Assembly (NCBI RefSeq): GCF_006345805.1
Contig: NC_043007.1
Coordinates: 58,900,001 to 58,964,000 of the forward strand
Direction: 5' to 3'
From: Octopus sinensis
Lineage: Eukaryota
DNA length: 64,000 nucleotides
This document shows, piece by piece, positions 1-14,400 of the stretch. Position numbers and translations under genes: made by a program. Each line of letters starts with the position of its first letter. The first letter of the stretch is position 1. The notes below the pieces were generated by a model that was not told the origin of the DNA, searched no databases, and saw only the letters and a list, made by a program, of their open reading frames with translations.

Positions 1-1636
1 TATAATACTAGCAAGAGATATGATCAATATAAATCAGAATTGAAGAGTATTTCCTAACTTTCAATACTTTCAAAATTATATACAGAATTAATAAGATATC
101 CACATTTAGTTGGATATAAAGATTACAGAAAATATGTTTTCCTGACAGCTAAAGTGATTAGGCCTGGGAAAGATATGCCTGACATCTCAGGTTACTATTT
201 CAAACATGGCTCAGCAAATCTAATGGGACTGAAGACAATTCTTGAAAATCAGGCTTGCTTTATGTCCAAAAAATACTGACAAAACAATTAGATCAGACAA
301 ATTAATAGAAGAGCTCTTTAAAACTCTGATACAGTGTTTCAATTTCTCTTGAACTGATCATATTTATAATTGAAGCAAGAGAAGCATACAAAGAATTGTG
401 TTGAGGGTCACATCAAGAGAGATATAGCACAGCTGATTACATCATTTTCTTCTTGTAAGCCCTTAAAGTTATTCCATGATGATATATATCTATAATACTT
501 CCATCACACTCAGAACAAGAATCCCAAAACATTTGACCATCTATTAGTGTTAAAAACAAGAGTTGCAATGACTAATGCACATTGATATAAGAATCCAGAA
601 AGGTTTGATGTAGTCTTTGTTTCTAACACATTGGTTTATTAAATATTTATCACTGAAGTAGAAATTAAATGTAGGCCTTCAATCTACACTGATTAAAAAC
701 ACAAGATGGATTTTGCTTTATTATCAATTTTCGAATAGTAGTCCTACAAGTTGTAGGATCTCTTGGTAAAATGGTTATTAATCAGGAAGATGCGTGTGTG
801 TCTTATACCCATTTAACCAATGTCTACAGTGATATTCTACAAAATAAAGAGACCTGAACAAATCTGTATAAGGAAGAAATTAATAACCTTTATGCCCACC
901 ACAACCTCATTAAATAAATTTTGAGGAAAATACTGGAATAAATTACAGTTTAGAAATCGGTATCAAACCAAACAATGCAAGGTTTATTTTAAACAGAGAT
1001 AAAAGCAAAGATTACCTTTATTGCAAGGCATGTCACAAAGATCAGTACAATACAAAAACAATGTTTGGCCTGGACTTTGGATATAGCAAATGGATAAACT
1101 CTGAAAATAGTACTCTCACCATGCAGAAACACTATGAAACACCTTGCAGCAAGAAACAAGGTTATAAACCATAAGTTAGCAGCAGTAGTAGTAAAATAAA
1201 AATGCTATTCATTTTACCACTTGTCTCTGATCATAAATTGAAGCTTGAACCTAAGTGATATTTTAAACATTTACCACACTCAATGGAACTTCTCAACAAA
1301 GCACAGTCTATGCAATTCACCATTCAGGTCATGCAAGCACGCGTCAGCAAACACATTAAGAGTTTTAAGGTGTGATAAATAAACTGGACTATAGTTCAGA
1401 AATATTCTCTCTCCTTCACACGCACACACACAATATTGCAGAAACAGGCTAGATAGTTAACATTTCTTATCCGCCTTTTCATGGGTTCGCAAATGTGTTT
1501 CAGGATTATAAACACAAAGTTCTTTTTGTCAGGAGTTATAACAAGAGTTGATGTGAGGTTTGAACCCTGAGGTACAAACTACAGAACTAAACACTGTACA
1601 ACCTATAACATAGTTCTGCAATGCCACATGTATTCA

Positions 1637-1655
1637 CATTTGTTAATATAAGAGA

Positions 1656-1718
<63 letters not shown>

Positions 1719-1740
1719 CGTGTGCGTGCGCACGCACACA
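1637..1740. repeat. (GT)n microsatellite
   Basis: Long GT run degrading to GTGC. Confidence 0.95.
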
Positions 1741-2626
1741 ACCCTGCTTGCATATGAATAGTATATAACTTGGGAAAAAAAAACTTTTACCAATTGAATG
1801 AAAATGCATAATTTCATTCATTTATCCATTTTTGCCTTTTTTGATGTTGGCACAGGTTGGACTAATAAATTGAGGAATTATTTCACAACTAGATGCCCTT
1901 CCCTTACCCGTTATTCATGTGAGAGATTTCGTATTTCACACATCTTTGAAGAAGCAAAATCAGCAAACCATTTGTTGATGGGGAAAAATATACACAGCTT
2001 GAAAGTTTGCAATCTTCATAACAGTGCAAAAGTAAACCCACAGGCACAGATATGTACACATACAAGCACATGTATGCACACTACACATATACAACAGGCT
2101 TCTGTCAGTTTTCATCAACCAAATCTGCTCACAAAGATTTGGTCAGCCTAGGGCTAGAATGGAAAACACTTGCCCAAGGTGCCATGCATTGGGAAGTGAA
2201 CATTTTAACCAAAGTTCACTTCCCATGCTTCAAATACACACACACATACACATGGGAGCTTCTTAAACAAGGTACTACTTGCTCATGTAAAATTGATAGA
2301 TTATGTGACCGAGCATGATAGTTTTCTTAATCTTCTGACCACCAGTAATATATTTCGCAAAAACCCATTCAAACCAAAAGTAACTTGGAACACTTATAGT
2401 TACAATTAGATACAACTTTACCTTTATAATATATTGAACTGAAGCAATGCTCAAGTAGAATTGACCCTAAAGTAGGGTTAGATATGTTAGTGATGTGAAA
2501 ATTAAGACTATCACCATGAAGATTCTGATAAAGAAAATATGTTTTTGAAATGTTTACAGTTGCTGCGTGATCTACAGCTACAAATTTTAAAAGGAACCAG
2601 TTAAAATAATTGATAAGTGATATTAC

Positions 2627-3170
2627 CTCTTTACACCTTTCTGTTCTTCTTGACTCTTTTCAGGTGTTGACTGTTGTTGCTGCTGACAGGATGTTGGTAC
2701 AGGCTGGTTACTAAGGTTTCCAGGTGAGCACTGAGTACTTTCCTCCCGGCATGATGTCGAAGCTGTGCTTGAAACTGGAACAGCTGATTCATTTAGTATG
2801 TCTTTTCCCAAAGAGTTCTTATCCCTGAGTGTCGAGTGACTTTCGTCACTCATTACCAATATAGCACTCTTATTGCAAATGTCACTGTTATTCAATGATG
2901 TCTCTGACAAGGGTGTCCCATTGTTAGCACATTTAGTTACAGAATTAGAGAAGATTTTACCTGGCCTTTGCTGTGCCATAGGCTCTGGAAAAATTACACT
3001 GGTTTCACCAGTCCCACTGCTTGAAGCAATATTTGAATGTGACACATCTAACCTATCATCACAAGTAGTGTCTACAACTTGGTTACTGTTAAAGCTAGAA
3101 TCAGATCCAGAACCGATATGAGATACAGCTACTCCTCGTCGGTCCTGTAGTTGAGAATTTTCTAATGTGG
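2627..3170 (-). CDS. ZFAND3: ZFAND3 coding exon 4, 544 nt, Ser/Gln-rich linker ending ...EEQKGVKR
   Basis: Strong acceptor tttttctttttcacttag|CCACA and donor AAGAG|gtaata. Open throughout and contains ORF 2623..3045. Phase 1 in matches exon 3. Confidence 0.85.
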
Positions 3171-4369
3171 CTAAGTGAAAAAGAAAAACAAAAAAATTCT
3201 TAGAAAATAGAAATTAAATAAGAACAAGACCTGCACTGCAAAAAAATAATCAAAATCAGAATCCAAAATAAATTTCATCAGAAAGAAAGTTTATATCAAG
3301 CTAACATATGACATATTTTATATTGCAATTGGTCGGTGGGGCCAACAGTGATTTTCTAAGAGATAATGACCATTTCATTGCAACCATGAAAAGGGGCTGT
3401 TCGTACCACAAAGGAAAAACAAGCACCACAATATTTTTATTCAGAAGCTGTTCGTTTTAGTTTTCTTACCAACATTGTCATTTTCCAGTGTAGATCAGTG
3501 AAAGATGTAAGATACATATGATTGGCTTCCACAGCTTTTGCATACAAAATTCTACACAAAATGGTTAAACCTAAGGCCAAGGTTAGGAAAGCAGGCACTT
3601 GCCCAAGAAGCCATGTGGTTGGATCAAACCCAATGGTTGTAAGGTGAACTTCATAACTTCATGACATAGATTTCACTTACAGCTGCACATCCTTAGACTT
3701 TTACTCATCAGATCTCTCCTTTGGGATGGAATATACAGTTAACATCTTTTATCTAAAACTACTAATAACACTATTTTCTTCAACTGAAAAGAAAACAAAA
3801 GGAAAAAAAATTTCTTTTTTTTTAGAGAATGAATTAACTTTCTACAGTTTTATCTGAGGTCTGTTGAGCTCTTTTCACAAGAGGTCACCCAATGTTAACT
3901 TCTTTGATTCTGGACTGCTTTAAAATTAGCTATTCAATAAATCAATGAATCATTACATTTGCTTCAACAGAATGACTTTGCAACCACACTGCAACTGCCA
4001 TACTGCACCAGTCTACAGCTGATGCTGTGTTACCATTCCTAACCCCAATCCCACCCCAAATAACATCTGGGCTACAACTAATCCACACATGCAATAATCA
4101 CAAGAGATTTTTGTTTGGCAATTAACAGACAGTATAACAAAATATACATGATAACGATAAATCTACAAAATACCAATGCACCTTGAAAATGAAGAAAAAT
4201 CATAACTCACCCATTAAAGAAATATCTTGCTAATTACCTGTGGAGATTTATCTTTTATGACAATTTGTCAAAATAAAATTACCTAATTGAAGAACTTTTG
4301 AATATGGTTTTTAACCTTTCATAACATTTTAATTTAGTATTTTCTAATTATAACAAGTTAAAAGAAAAA

Positions 4370-4705
4370 AAAAGTGGCTGTGTGGTAAGAAGCTTGCTTC
4401 CCAACCACATGGTTTCAGGTTTAGTCCCACTTCGGGGCACCTTGGGCAAGTGTCTTCTACTACAACCTTGAGCCAACCAAAGTCTTGTGAGTGCATTTGG
4501 TAGGTGGAAACTGAAAGAAGCCCGTCGTGTGTGTGTGTCCATCACCACTTGACAACCAGTGTTAGTGTGTTTGTAACTTAGTTTGGCAAAAGAGACCGAT
4601 AGAAGAAGTATCACTTAAAAAAGTACTGGATTCAATGCATTCAACTAAAAATTCAAGGCAGTGCCCTAGCATGGCCACAGTCTAGTGACTGAAACAAATA
4701 AAAGA
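4370..4705 (+). mobile_element. tRNA-derived SINE family A, decayed copy
   Basis: Head GTGGCTGTGTGGTAAGAAGCTTGCTTCCCAACCACATGG and tail AGCATGGCCACAGTCTAGTGACTGAAACAAATAAAAG. Same family as 44232-44609. Confidence 0.9.
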
Positions 4706-4928
4706 AACTTATAAATTCAAATATTTATATAGAAGTATATCTATGTATACAAAAATACTTCAGTAATATTATATTTTATGATCTATGAATTTTTTTGTGC
4801 TTTGCTAGTATTAATGGATCAAAAATTAGCTAAAGTTAACATTTTATAAACTTTTGGTTACAAGATTTTTGTTGAAATACACTTATTTTAGATAATGAAA
4901 TCATGAAAAGTTTAGTAAAATAATTTAT

Positions 4929-5283
4929 AGGTGCAGGTATGGCTGTGTGGTTAAGAGGTTTGCTTCTCAGCTGCATGATTTCAGGTTCATTTCCATTGGG
5001 TGGCATTTACTTCTGGGTCGAGTAGATTTAGCAGATGGGAACTGAAAGAAAGCCTGTTACATATATACATGTGTGTGTCTTGATATCTTGCAATAATCAG
5101 AAATGAATGACATTGCTTGTATAGTGATTCATTTAGTGTTCCATGGAAGCATGTCTAGCTATGGAAAAATATTGCTTGGCTTGAAAACAATTGAAGGTTG
5201 ATGACAGGAAGGGCAGCCAGCCATAGAAAATGAGCCTCAATGAACTGTATCGAAGTTATCAAGCACGGTAAAGTGAGCATTAA
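4929..5283 (+). mobile_element. SINE with family-A head and RTE-type tail, decayed
   Basis: GGTGCAGGTATGGCTGTGTGGTTAAG head, then ACAGGAAGGGCAGCCAGCCATAGAAAA tail. Relatives near 29160-29370, 36480-36730 and 45412-45785. Confidence 0.7.
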
Positions 5284-6382
5284 AATTTGGAACAAGAAAT
5301 TTTGATGGAAGACTTTCACCAAGATCGCTTTCAAACAAAATCAAGATATGAAAGTAAATAAAATGTTTGCTTTAGAAGCATTGAGATGTACTGAAAGATA
5401 CATCTAAAAAATCAAGGCAAATTCAGGTGAGATGGTATCAAAAGAATCAGAAATAATGTCAAAGTTAAAAATGAAATAACTTTTAATGGATACATAAATT
5501 AGAACAAAAATTCAATATGATTTGTGAAAAACAATGAAGTTTAATTTACTCAGAAATGCCATTCACATACAAAGCAGTTAAGTTTGGGCTAAAATATTTA
5601 ATACAATGAGCATTACCAATCTAATTAGAAACACTTATGCAGTGAAGAAGAGAGAAAATTAAATTCAGTGACTAATATTTTACCAATTCTGCTTAGTATA
5701 GAACATTTCATTGGATTTGCTGAAGTGAAAGAATCAATACTGTACACAAGTAGATGTGACAAATTAAAAAAAAAAATTAAGGGGTAAATTATTCAGGTGT
5801 AATTCCTGTGATGACCATCCAACATTTTTTTTTTTTTTACCCAGATACAATGAATCTATATCTTTCTAGCTGAAGCGGGATTTTGGCTGCTTTTTCTGGT
5901 AGGTCAACTGATTAGGTAGAGGCATGGTAGATCTTTTCGTGTATTTAAGAAGTTCAATTATCTAGGTTCACTTAACAGTCACGAAGATGAAACAGATCTT
6001 CAGTGAATGTTCTCTCATTGGTCAATCTCATCTCCAAAGTAGTATAGTGGTTTATCTCTCATCTGCCTCCCATACCAAAGAAGTAAGAATAAGTACCAAA
6101 CTACAAAAGCATTTTGGAGATTTGGCTTATTATTTTTAAGTCAAAAGAGTATTGATCTACCACTAAAATGTCAATATTTCTCAAGAACTATACCACAACA
6201 AAACACAATCCAGACTTAATAATTAACCAAACTACTAAAACAGGCACCAGAGAAGGGTTATGATATACTATATGTCCAATAGCATTGAAGTTACTCAATA
6301 TTTAAATACAGAAATCACTAAAACTCATGTTCATACAAACAAATATTAATCTGGGGGAAATCTGCAATAATTAAAAACTTAC

Positions 6383-6499
6383 CATCTGAGATTTTGTGTG
6401 ATGAAGAGGATGGAGAAGTGTTTTTTACTTGGTCAGTCTCTTTGGACATGACTGAATTAGCTGACTGTAAGGCTCTGCTTCTGTTTTTTTCTAAGTGTT
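6383..6499 (-). CDS. ZFAND3: ZFAND3 coding exon 3, 117 nt (EHLEKNRSRALQSANSVMSKETDQVKNTSPSSSSHKISD)
   Basis: Acceptor tttcttcttcag|AACAC and donor GATG|gtaagt. Phase 1-1 and open. Joins exon 2 as CYK-E-HLEK and exon 4 as D-A-TLE. Confidence 0.85.
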
Positions 6500-6639
6500 C
6501 TGAAGAAGAAATACATAAATTAGTACCAAAAAACACACATTATATATATAGAAATATATATTTATATATAGAAATATATATATATAATATATACATGCAC
6601 ATATACATACATATATGTACATACTTATGCATGTATGTG

Positions 6640-6670
<31 letters not shown>

Positions 6671-6999
6671 GGGTACAGGACATCACAAAACGTAAACAAC
6701 ATGAAATACGAAGACAAACTTGGGTATGTGAAAAGCGATTCGTCTGGTTTGTTGTATGCCTCCACAGTCCTGTTTTTGTTACCAACTTTGACCCTCTGCA
6801 AATACCAAATTTTATTTGGGTTCACGGGAGCAACAGCCTTTCGAAGCCTCATATTGCCTTTAAATACTCGAAATGAGTAGACAACTGATGAAGGGCCATT
6901 CTTTGTGTTACTTGTCTTGTTTTCCATTTGTTTCTCTCATTCATATTACCCAAGTTTGCTTTCATATTTCATGTTTATGTTTTGTGACGTCCTGTACCC
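6671..6999. mobile_element. Non-autonomous element with ~60-bp terminal inverted repeats, inserted in (TA)n
   Basis: Left end GGGTACAGGACATCACAAAACGTAAACAACATGAAATACGAAGACAAACTTGGGTA is near-complementary to right end TACCCAAGTTTGCTTTCATATTTCATGTTTATGTTTTGTGACGTCCTGTACCC. Confidence 0.8.
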
Positions 7000-7019
7000 A
7001 TATATGCATATATATATGC

Positions 7020-7058
<39 letters not shown>

Positions 7059-7151
7059 CACATACATAAGTATGTTCATATATGTATGTATATATGCATG
7101 TACATATATATTTCTTATATGATGGAACTCAATGCATCCATTTCCAAGTAA

Positions 7152-7190
<39 letters not shown>

Positions 7191-7295
7191 TATACATATA
7201 TATATATATATACATATATATACATATATATATATATATATACATATATATACATATATATATATATATATACATATATATACATATACTTGTAC

Positions 7296-7450
7296 TACAC
7301 TCACAGAGTGGTTGGCGTTAGGAAGGGCATCCAGCTGTAGAAACACTGCCAGATCTGACTGGCCTGGTGCAGCCTTCGGGTTTCCCAGACCCCAGTTGAA
7401 CCGTCCAACCCATGCTAGCATGGAAAGTGGACGTTAAACGATGATGATGA
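7296..7450 (+). mobile_element. RTE-type 3' tail fragment ending in (TGA)n
   Basis: GTGGTTGGCGTTAGGAAGGGCATCCAGCTGTAGAAAC...CCATGCTAGCATGGAAAGTGGACGTTAAACGATGATGATGA. Same tail as the RT-bearing copies at 8905, 25255 and 31770. Confidence 0.85.
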
Positions 7451-7856
7451 TATATAGAATAAAGCATATGCTTAGGATTTAAATGCATACAAAAAGATTC
7501 ATATCGTCAGTTTAACATCCAATCACACGGATTAGATGTCTTTCTTGTCACTAATCCTCAACCATTTCTAAGTAATATTTGCACAGCCAGATATGTTCTC
7601 CAGGAGATTGAAATCAAAGAGCACTGCATGTATGAAGGGGATACTCATTTAAAAACTATCATATGATATCAAGACAAGATATCCTTTGGCATTGTCTCTA
7701 CAGCATCCAGCTGTAGAAATCACGGAAAAGGAGACATTGAAGCCCAATGCAGTTCTCTAACTCACCAGATCCTGTTGAACCTTCCAACCCCTGCCAGCAT
7801 GGATGACAGTTGATAATATATGATCCAGCCTATACCAACATAGAAAGCAGAAGCAA

Positions 7857-7887
<31 letters not shown>

Positions 7888-8904
7888 CTAGACTACCTGT
7901 GACCTGTTGGGTCACCAGGAAAGTGAGTTTCCCAGCAATGGGCTTTTGTTTCATGGCTTTTCTTTTCTGGGTTATTTTGCATGCTTTCAATGAATGTGAC
8001 ATCGAAATGATGTGTGAATGGCTCCTTCCCCCAGAAAAGGAAAGCTTCAGCTGTTATTTCTTGCATGCCCTGCTACCACAGGTAGCAGGGCATGCAAGGT
8101 AACCGGTATTTCAGGTCCTTTATTGCAACTGCTGTTACATGGTAGTGTGCTAGAAATAGCAGACAAATTTTTGGAGGTGAGATACATTGAATGCATTTGA
8201 AAGAAACCTATGGAAAAACTATTTCACACCAAGGTTACAAACGGGTCTTTGACAAAATATTTACCGTATTTTTAAAGTTATTTTCACTTAAAAACATTTG
8301 CCCATCATAATGTGTCTATTGGAAAGGTTAGAATTTCTTCCCTTTCAGGGTTAAGTTATTTTCAGAGTATTTTCCCATTATGTACTGTTTTGGGCATTTA
8401 TACCCCAAAACCCAGAATATCTAAATAGGCACTGGTCTGATTTACACAAAACTTGTTTTATTCCGTTTATATTCACATTTCAGGGGCACTTTACTTTCAA
8501 AGTATTTTCCCCATTATGCACCAGTTTGGCTGTGTAACATTGCAAGCAAGCAAGATTGAACTTCATTTTTAATTTATTCTAGATATATGAATTTCATATT
8601 ATGCTCAAATAATGATTAATTCTGAAGCATATTTATATTGAGTTCTAACACCAGGTTATTAGAATTGTTATGCCAATGCCAAATTTTTATATACCTCAAA
8701 ATGTAAAAGAACCTGAAGCAGTTTGAGTATTACCTTAAAATAAGAGACAATAAAAAAAATGTCTGCACACAGATAAAAGATATATATACACTAACTGATA
8801 CATATCTTATAGGGAACCTATGCACACAAAGAAACACAGCCAAAGCAGGTGAAAACAGACATAATACATGTACACATTCCACACAAAATGAATGTGCGTA
8901 ATAT

Positions 8905-9245
8905 CATAATCGTTTAATATCTGCTTTCCATGCTGGCATGGGTTGGTCAGTTTGACTGAGGACTTGCGAGCCAGGAGGCTGCATCAGGATCCAATCTGAT
9001 CTGACAAGATTTCTACAGCTGATGCCATTCCTAATGTCAACCACTCATCTATCCCTAGTTTCTGCATTGACCACCAGATAAGGGACCTTGTCAAAAGCTT
9101 TCTCCATGTCAACAAAAGCCAAGTATAGAGGTGTATCTTTGGCTAGGAATTTCTCCTACAGCTGTCTTACCAGAAATATAGCATCAGTGGTGCTTCTACC
9201 TGGCACAAACACAAACTGCATCCTGTCTAAACTAACTCTCCCTAA
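8905..9245 (-). mobile_element. RTE LINE fragment with RT segment joined directly to the 3' tail
   Basis: Minus strand encodes QFVFVPGRSTTDAIFLVRQL*EKFLAKDTPLYLAFVDMEKAFDKVP, followed by the RTE tail. Confidence 0.85.
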
Positions 9246-10376
9246 TCAGTGTCTTGCACAGTGTATATATATTTTATATATCAAGTTATCAGCCAGTAAT
9301 TGAAGAATCTTAGTGATATGTAACAACTACATATACATGTTATATGTACAGTGTGCATGCATGTGTATGCACACACATATGTGCATATGAGATGGAGAGA
9401 AAGCGTTTGTATGCCTGTGTTTATCATTTTCTTTCATAGTGGGTTAATGAAAGGCAGCAAAAATTATAAGTGAAAGATGCATCTCTTACAAATAATTTAC
9501 AAACACATCCCTAGGATAACCAACACATTTTGAGTGAAATTTGCTAGATGCAAACTGAAAGGGTTCTATTTATTCTGTGTGTGTGTGTGTGTGTGTGTGT
9601 GTTTATACTGCTGAACAACTGCTGGTGTGTGTCCCATATCTTGTTTGAGGCTGATGGGATCAACTGAAGCTTTGAATGTGGTACTCTAGCTTGACTGTAG
9701 TCCAGTTACTGAAACTGCTAAGGACTGGTATGTCTGAAGTGTAGAAAACAGACTAATTTCATGAGTATTTTTTGTTTTTGTTTATCTAGGAAGAAAGTAG
9801 CACCAACAGGTAATGTTAATATTGCTAAATCTTAAGTATTATGGAAAATGATTGGAGAAGGATCTGATATATGCCAGTAGTGATCATTTGAAATAGAAAT
9901 AAGCAAAACGAGTTACTAAATTCAGAGAAACAAATAACATTGTGTGTAGGGGGGTGGGGTGGATAGAGAGATAGTTGGGGTGCTTTGATGGTGAGGAACT
10001 GGCTGAGGAGTATGAGTGAAGGCAGTTTTGTGAATGTCAATGGCAACATTCTTATAGTGGTGTGATACTCAAGTGTCAGAGTTGAGCTTGTGGAATTATG
10101 ATTTTACTGGTTCAACCTTGATGACTACTATCACATGGCATACACATGCCAACGAGAGATTTTAAGGTTTTTATGCCTATTTTCACTGTTTAGTAAGAAA
10201 GTCTACAAAGAGGTGTTAAAATTTCTAGAGAATGAGATTCAATCCAAGTATTTTTAAATGTAAATATACACCCAGCTGTAGAGAGTAGGTGACTTTTCTG
10301 GTTATTGCAAGCTAGGTGCAGCTGCATGAATGGCTGCAATATAACTTTTAGCAAACCACTTGATGGCTTTGTCAGG

Positions 10377-10536
10377 TTAACCCTTTGGCATTCAGGTTAC
10401 TGTCAAATGTTATGCTTATTTTTTCACATTGTTTTAAATCAACCATTCATTATATTGTAGCTTCAAGATTTTGATGATGTAATTGTTTTTAGAATAACAT
10501 TGTAGGATAAGTGTGAGAGGCTAGATTTGATCAGTT
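10377..10536 (+). mobile_element. piggyBac-like MITE fragment
   Basis: Begins TTAA|CCCTTTGGCATTCAG. A related copy lies in the opposite orientation at 32490-32693. Confidence 0.55.
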
Positions 10537-12047
10537 AGACAATTTGGTGCAATCAGGCATGTAGAGGAGCAAGTCAAGAATTATATAGTGTTAGTTGTAG
10601 TTAATCTCAAGCTAAACTATCAGCAAACTAATTTATAATGAAAGATGTTCACACCATGCTCATTCAGCCTTTTTAGGTACATAAAATGCATTAGATAAGG
10701 TATCTTAGATATGCTTAGACAAAATGAAACCAATAGCTAGATAGAGAGAAGCTAGTGTGACAGAGATAAATATGATTGAAAGAGAAACAAATATGATAAA
10801 GTGATGTTCTCTTGGTAGAAAGAAGAATGATAATGTATTTGATATACAGGTACAGACGCCACTATTTGGCTAGGAATTTACAAATGAGTGCATGTAACCT
10901 AGGTACTTTAACTGAGTCAAAGATAGTAGGTGGGTGTAAAATGTCAGTGAGAAGAGAATGTGTGTCAGTAGTAAGTGATGGGTGTGGTCAAAGTTGGAAC
11001 TTGCTGAGAGATTTTATGTCAAGTGCTATTTATGAAAAATAGAATGGGGAGTAATGTATGTTCATTGACTAAGCAATGTACTTTAGTACCAATGAAATTG
11101 TCCATTTAAGTATACAGTATGTGAATGTATAACATACACTAGCCATCACAATCTTAAAGAAGCTAAATTTCACTCAAATTATACCTTGTGTTTTTAAAGT
11201 TAAAAGGACACAATTTGTTTGATTTGTTAAGACAGGGTTGACCAGGAGTTACATGAGACAGCAAGTACCTTAACCCATTGTGGTTGTTGGGCACTAATGA
11301 AAATCTAACCTTAGTGAATTTAGAATGAGTCAACATACCCAGAGTTCATCATCTGACCTTTACCTCTGGAAGATGTTTAGCTCAAGTCAATTACACAGCA
11401 CTTCCACTGTTTACAGTAATAAAATAGACTATTGCTAGTTAATAAGTGCCTTGCCATGGACAGTGTCTCACATCTGACATTATAAACCTTTGACTATTCT
11501 TTCAGCTGCTATGTGATGCTACAGTGTGTGTACATGAGAAAAAGCAGGCCACAGGTATATTTGATGAAGTGATCTTTCACTATTTTGTTCACTCTCATAA
11601 ACAATTTCCACAAACCAACCCATAATCCTTCATAGTCAAAAAGCCACATTTTATAACTTTTAGATGTTACTACCTTATCCCTCACATACATTCTATTAGG
11701 GACATATGCCATTACCAGCAACTATTATTATACCAAATCTACTTTAATAAATAAATGGCAGCTAATAAATTATTTCAACTTTGTTACTTGTTCACCAGAT
11801 TTCCTTCTCAAACATTCTCATGATGCTTGCCACACATATGTACACACTTCACAATGTTTCTGAACTGTATATTGTCCTCGATCATAAGCCAAAGGAAGTT
11901 ATTTACCGTTCTGACTTTCAGACACCAGAAAGAAACTTAGAAATATTCTCAAAAATATTTTGTGCATACATTGTCAATTTACTTAACGTTAAATATTTTA
12001 TACCTTGTTTCTCAGTGTGTTGTGTATAAAGCAAGTTAGAGAGGAGA

Positions 12048-12090
<43 letters not shown>

Positions 12091-13419
12091 AAATAAGACT
12101 AATGGTAATCCTATTAATTTCCTACCCCCACCCACGCAACAAGACTGGTTTTGACTGACAGACCTAATTACAATGACCTCTTGTGATACCAAAAATAAAC
12201 ACTGCCATGCTAATATCTTACAAGAGAAAAAAAATAAAACCAGTTCAAATTATTTTGTCAATCAGCAATATATCTAGTTCCATGAAGTAAGTGAAATCCA
12301 AACAAAAGTATGGCATTTTTTGTAATTAGCTAAGTTCTCACTCGGAGACAAGTAAATATTGTCTAGAGACAACACAATCTCATCTTCACTGAAACTATGC
12401 CGTTTTATTCCACTCACAAAAGCTTCCAGCAAGCCAAGTCACACATTTTTTTTGTTGTTTTTTTTTTACAGAATGCTATTCAACCAAAAAAATAAAGATT
12501 AAAATAGCTGAAACAGCTATAAGATATTAATTTAAGTATGAAGCCTTAGAAATAGTAATATAAGAGAAGGCATGAGATGGAGTGCTGGCTTATTTTGCTC
12601 CCAAAGTAACTTAGCAAAGAAAATAAAGTACTTCAAGCTGGATATTTGGTTGGTGGTGAAAAAAGTGTTGTGGAAGGTATGGAAACTGTGAGATCATATG
12701 ATGTTAGCATCACAGCAGATGACTTGAATAAAAAAGAATGGTGATAAGTAACAACTGTAAACCAATCCAACTGATACCATTAATGATGATGATGGTTGCA
12801 AACTTCTATAGAGAGAGAAGTTACTGCATCACAGGCATGAAGCATAGGCAAATATAGTTGTATCACAATTAGAGCTGAGTACAAGACCTACTGCAAATCT
12901 CTAAGATAAGTAATTCTAAGAAAAAAAGAAAAAGCTTGGTCCAGATGCCCAATATCTGGCATTTTAAATTTATTTTCACAAACGCAAGTAGTTGTTTAAA
13001 CAATTTTACAGTTTTACAATGTAAACTATCATACAGTCATACAAAGTAAACTATCATAAGAATTGTCTTACCACAAACTTAGAGCAATGCTCAGAAAGGC
13101 TTATCTACATCACAAGAGATTGTTGTAAGCAGTCAAAAGAGTAACACTTCTCAAGTACCCTACAATCAATTACTATTTAATCCTCCTATCTTTTAAAATG
13201 GTCCCCTAATCTATGTATTACAATTTATAAAAAAGATAAAACCCTAAAGGGTATCATTTTTAAAATGCTGAATTAAATATTAAATTGGCAACCTGCTCAT
13301 TCGGGGACAATGGTATAAGGATGATTATCAAGTAACAGCTTATTTAGTAGAAAATAAAATCTAAGGCTCAGAACAGTTAAAACAAATAACTAGTAATCAT
13401 ATAGACAGGTTGCGTGCAC

Positions 13420-14400
13420 CATGTTTCAATGCCTTGTTGCTTTTTAATAATACTGTCTCATCCCAACTTTTTTCTTAACCATCAATCATATTCTAAAGGT
13501 GAATATATTTTAAACTATGTTGTTGCTCTTGACATCAGTAAAGCTGCTCACCATGTCTGGCATGTGAAATTGCTCATCCATGGGTTCCATTCATCTCTCA
13601 TTTCTTGGCTGAGAAGCATTCTAGAACAATGCAACATTGTGGAATGTGCTGATGGAACTCTTTGTTGCACACTATCAACTCGCAGATACTCCAACAGTTC
13701 AGGTCTTTCCACCTAAAAAATGATGACCTTTTTTGCTGTCATGTCCAACAATACTTCTCTTATACAGATGATACTACCCTTCATGCTTCCTTAAACTATC
13801 TCAACTATGCATCATCTGCAATGCATTTTAGACAATATACACCAATTCCATGAACAAAGACAGAGAAAGCATTCTTCAAAAGAGAAGTATGCCAACCTTT
13901 TTTTACTAAGGGGGGAAAAAATTAAATACCACACATTAGCTTACAATCACTCCCAATTTAGGCTTTTCTCTCACCAAGAATTTCTGTTGGAGAAAAGACA
14001 TTAAGATAGCTAGGACCACACAACATGTTCTTTTCAGAGCCAGAAAATACATCAGTCCAACAATTACCACCACTACAATACTCAAGTGAAGCCTACAATG
14101 GAGTACTGCTGCTGTTGCATACACATTGTAGATTGCATCCAGAGGAAGGTTACTTAACTGATATTTCACCTCTAGATCACAGGCACATCTCTCTGCCTTT
14201 TCTACCACTATTATCATAATTTTCTGAGCTGGTTGGTCTTGGACCATCTCCACTGAGGTATTTGTAACTTTCTCTTCTCTCCTTTCTTTGCCCATATTGT
14301 GCCCAACCAATCAGGCCCTGCATTATCCTAGTCCTTCCTCCAGGAAGACAACCTCTATAACTCACTCCCGCTTATACCTTTCTGGCACACTGTGTTGCAA
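13420..14400 (+). mobile_element. Highly decayed LINE reverse-transcriptase remnant
   Basis: Frameshifted pieces VALDISKAAHHVWH (cf. LDISKAFDxVWH), LISWLRSIL and SYTDDTTLH (YADD motif). Confidence 0.8.

Noticed and set aside
1115-1175. Possible AN1 exon (minus strand ...TGTTTCTGCATG|GTGAGA, 'CFCM')
   Set aside because: A stop precedes it in that frame, the acceptor is weak, and the AN1 Cys/His pattern is absent.
2873-3121. Plus-strand 82-aa ORF
   Set aside because: Antisense shadow of ZFAND3 exon 4.
8215-8585. Possible Helitron-like element on the minus strand
   Set aside because: Only the TC-start-like end is suggestive; no clear hairpin/CTAG end.
12052-12088. Poly(A) run as tail of a processed pseudogene
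   Set aside because: No recognisable ORF, polyadenylation signal or target-site duplication.
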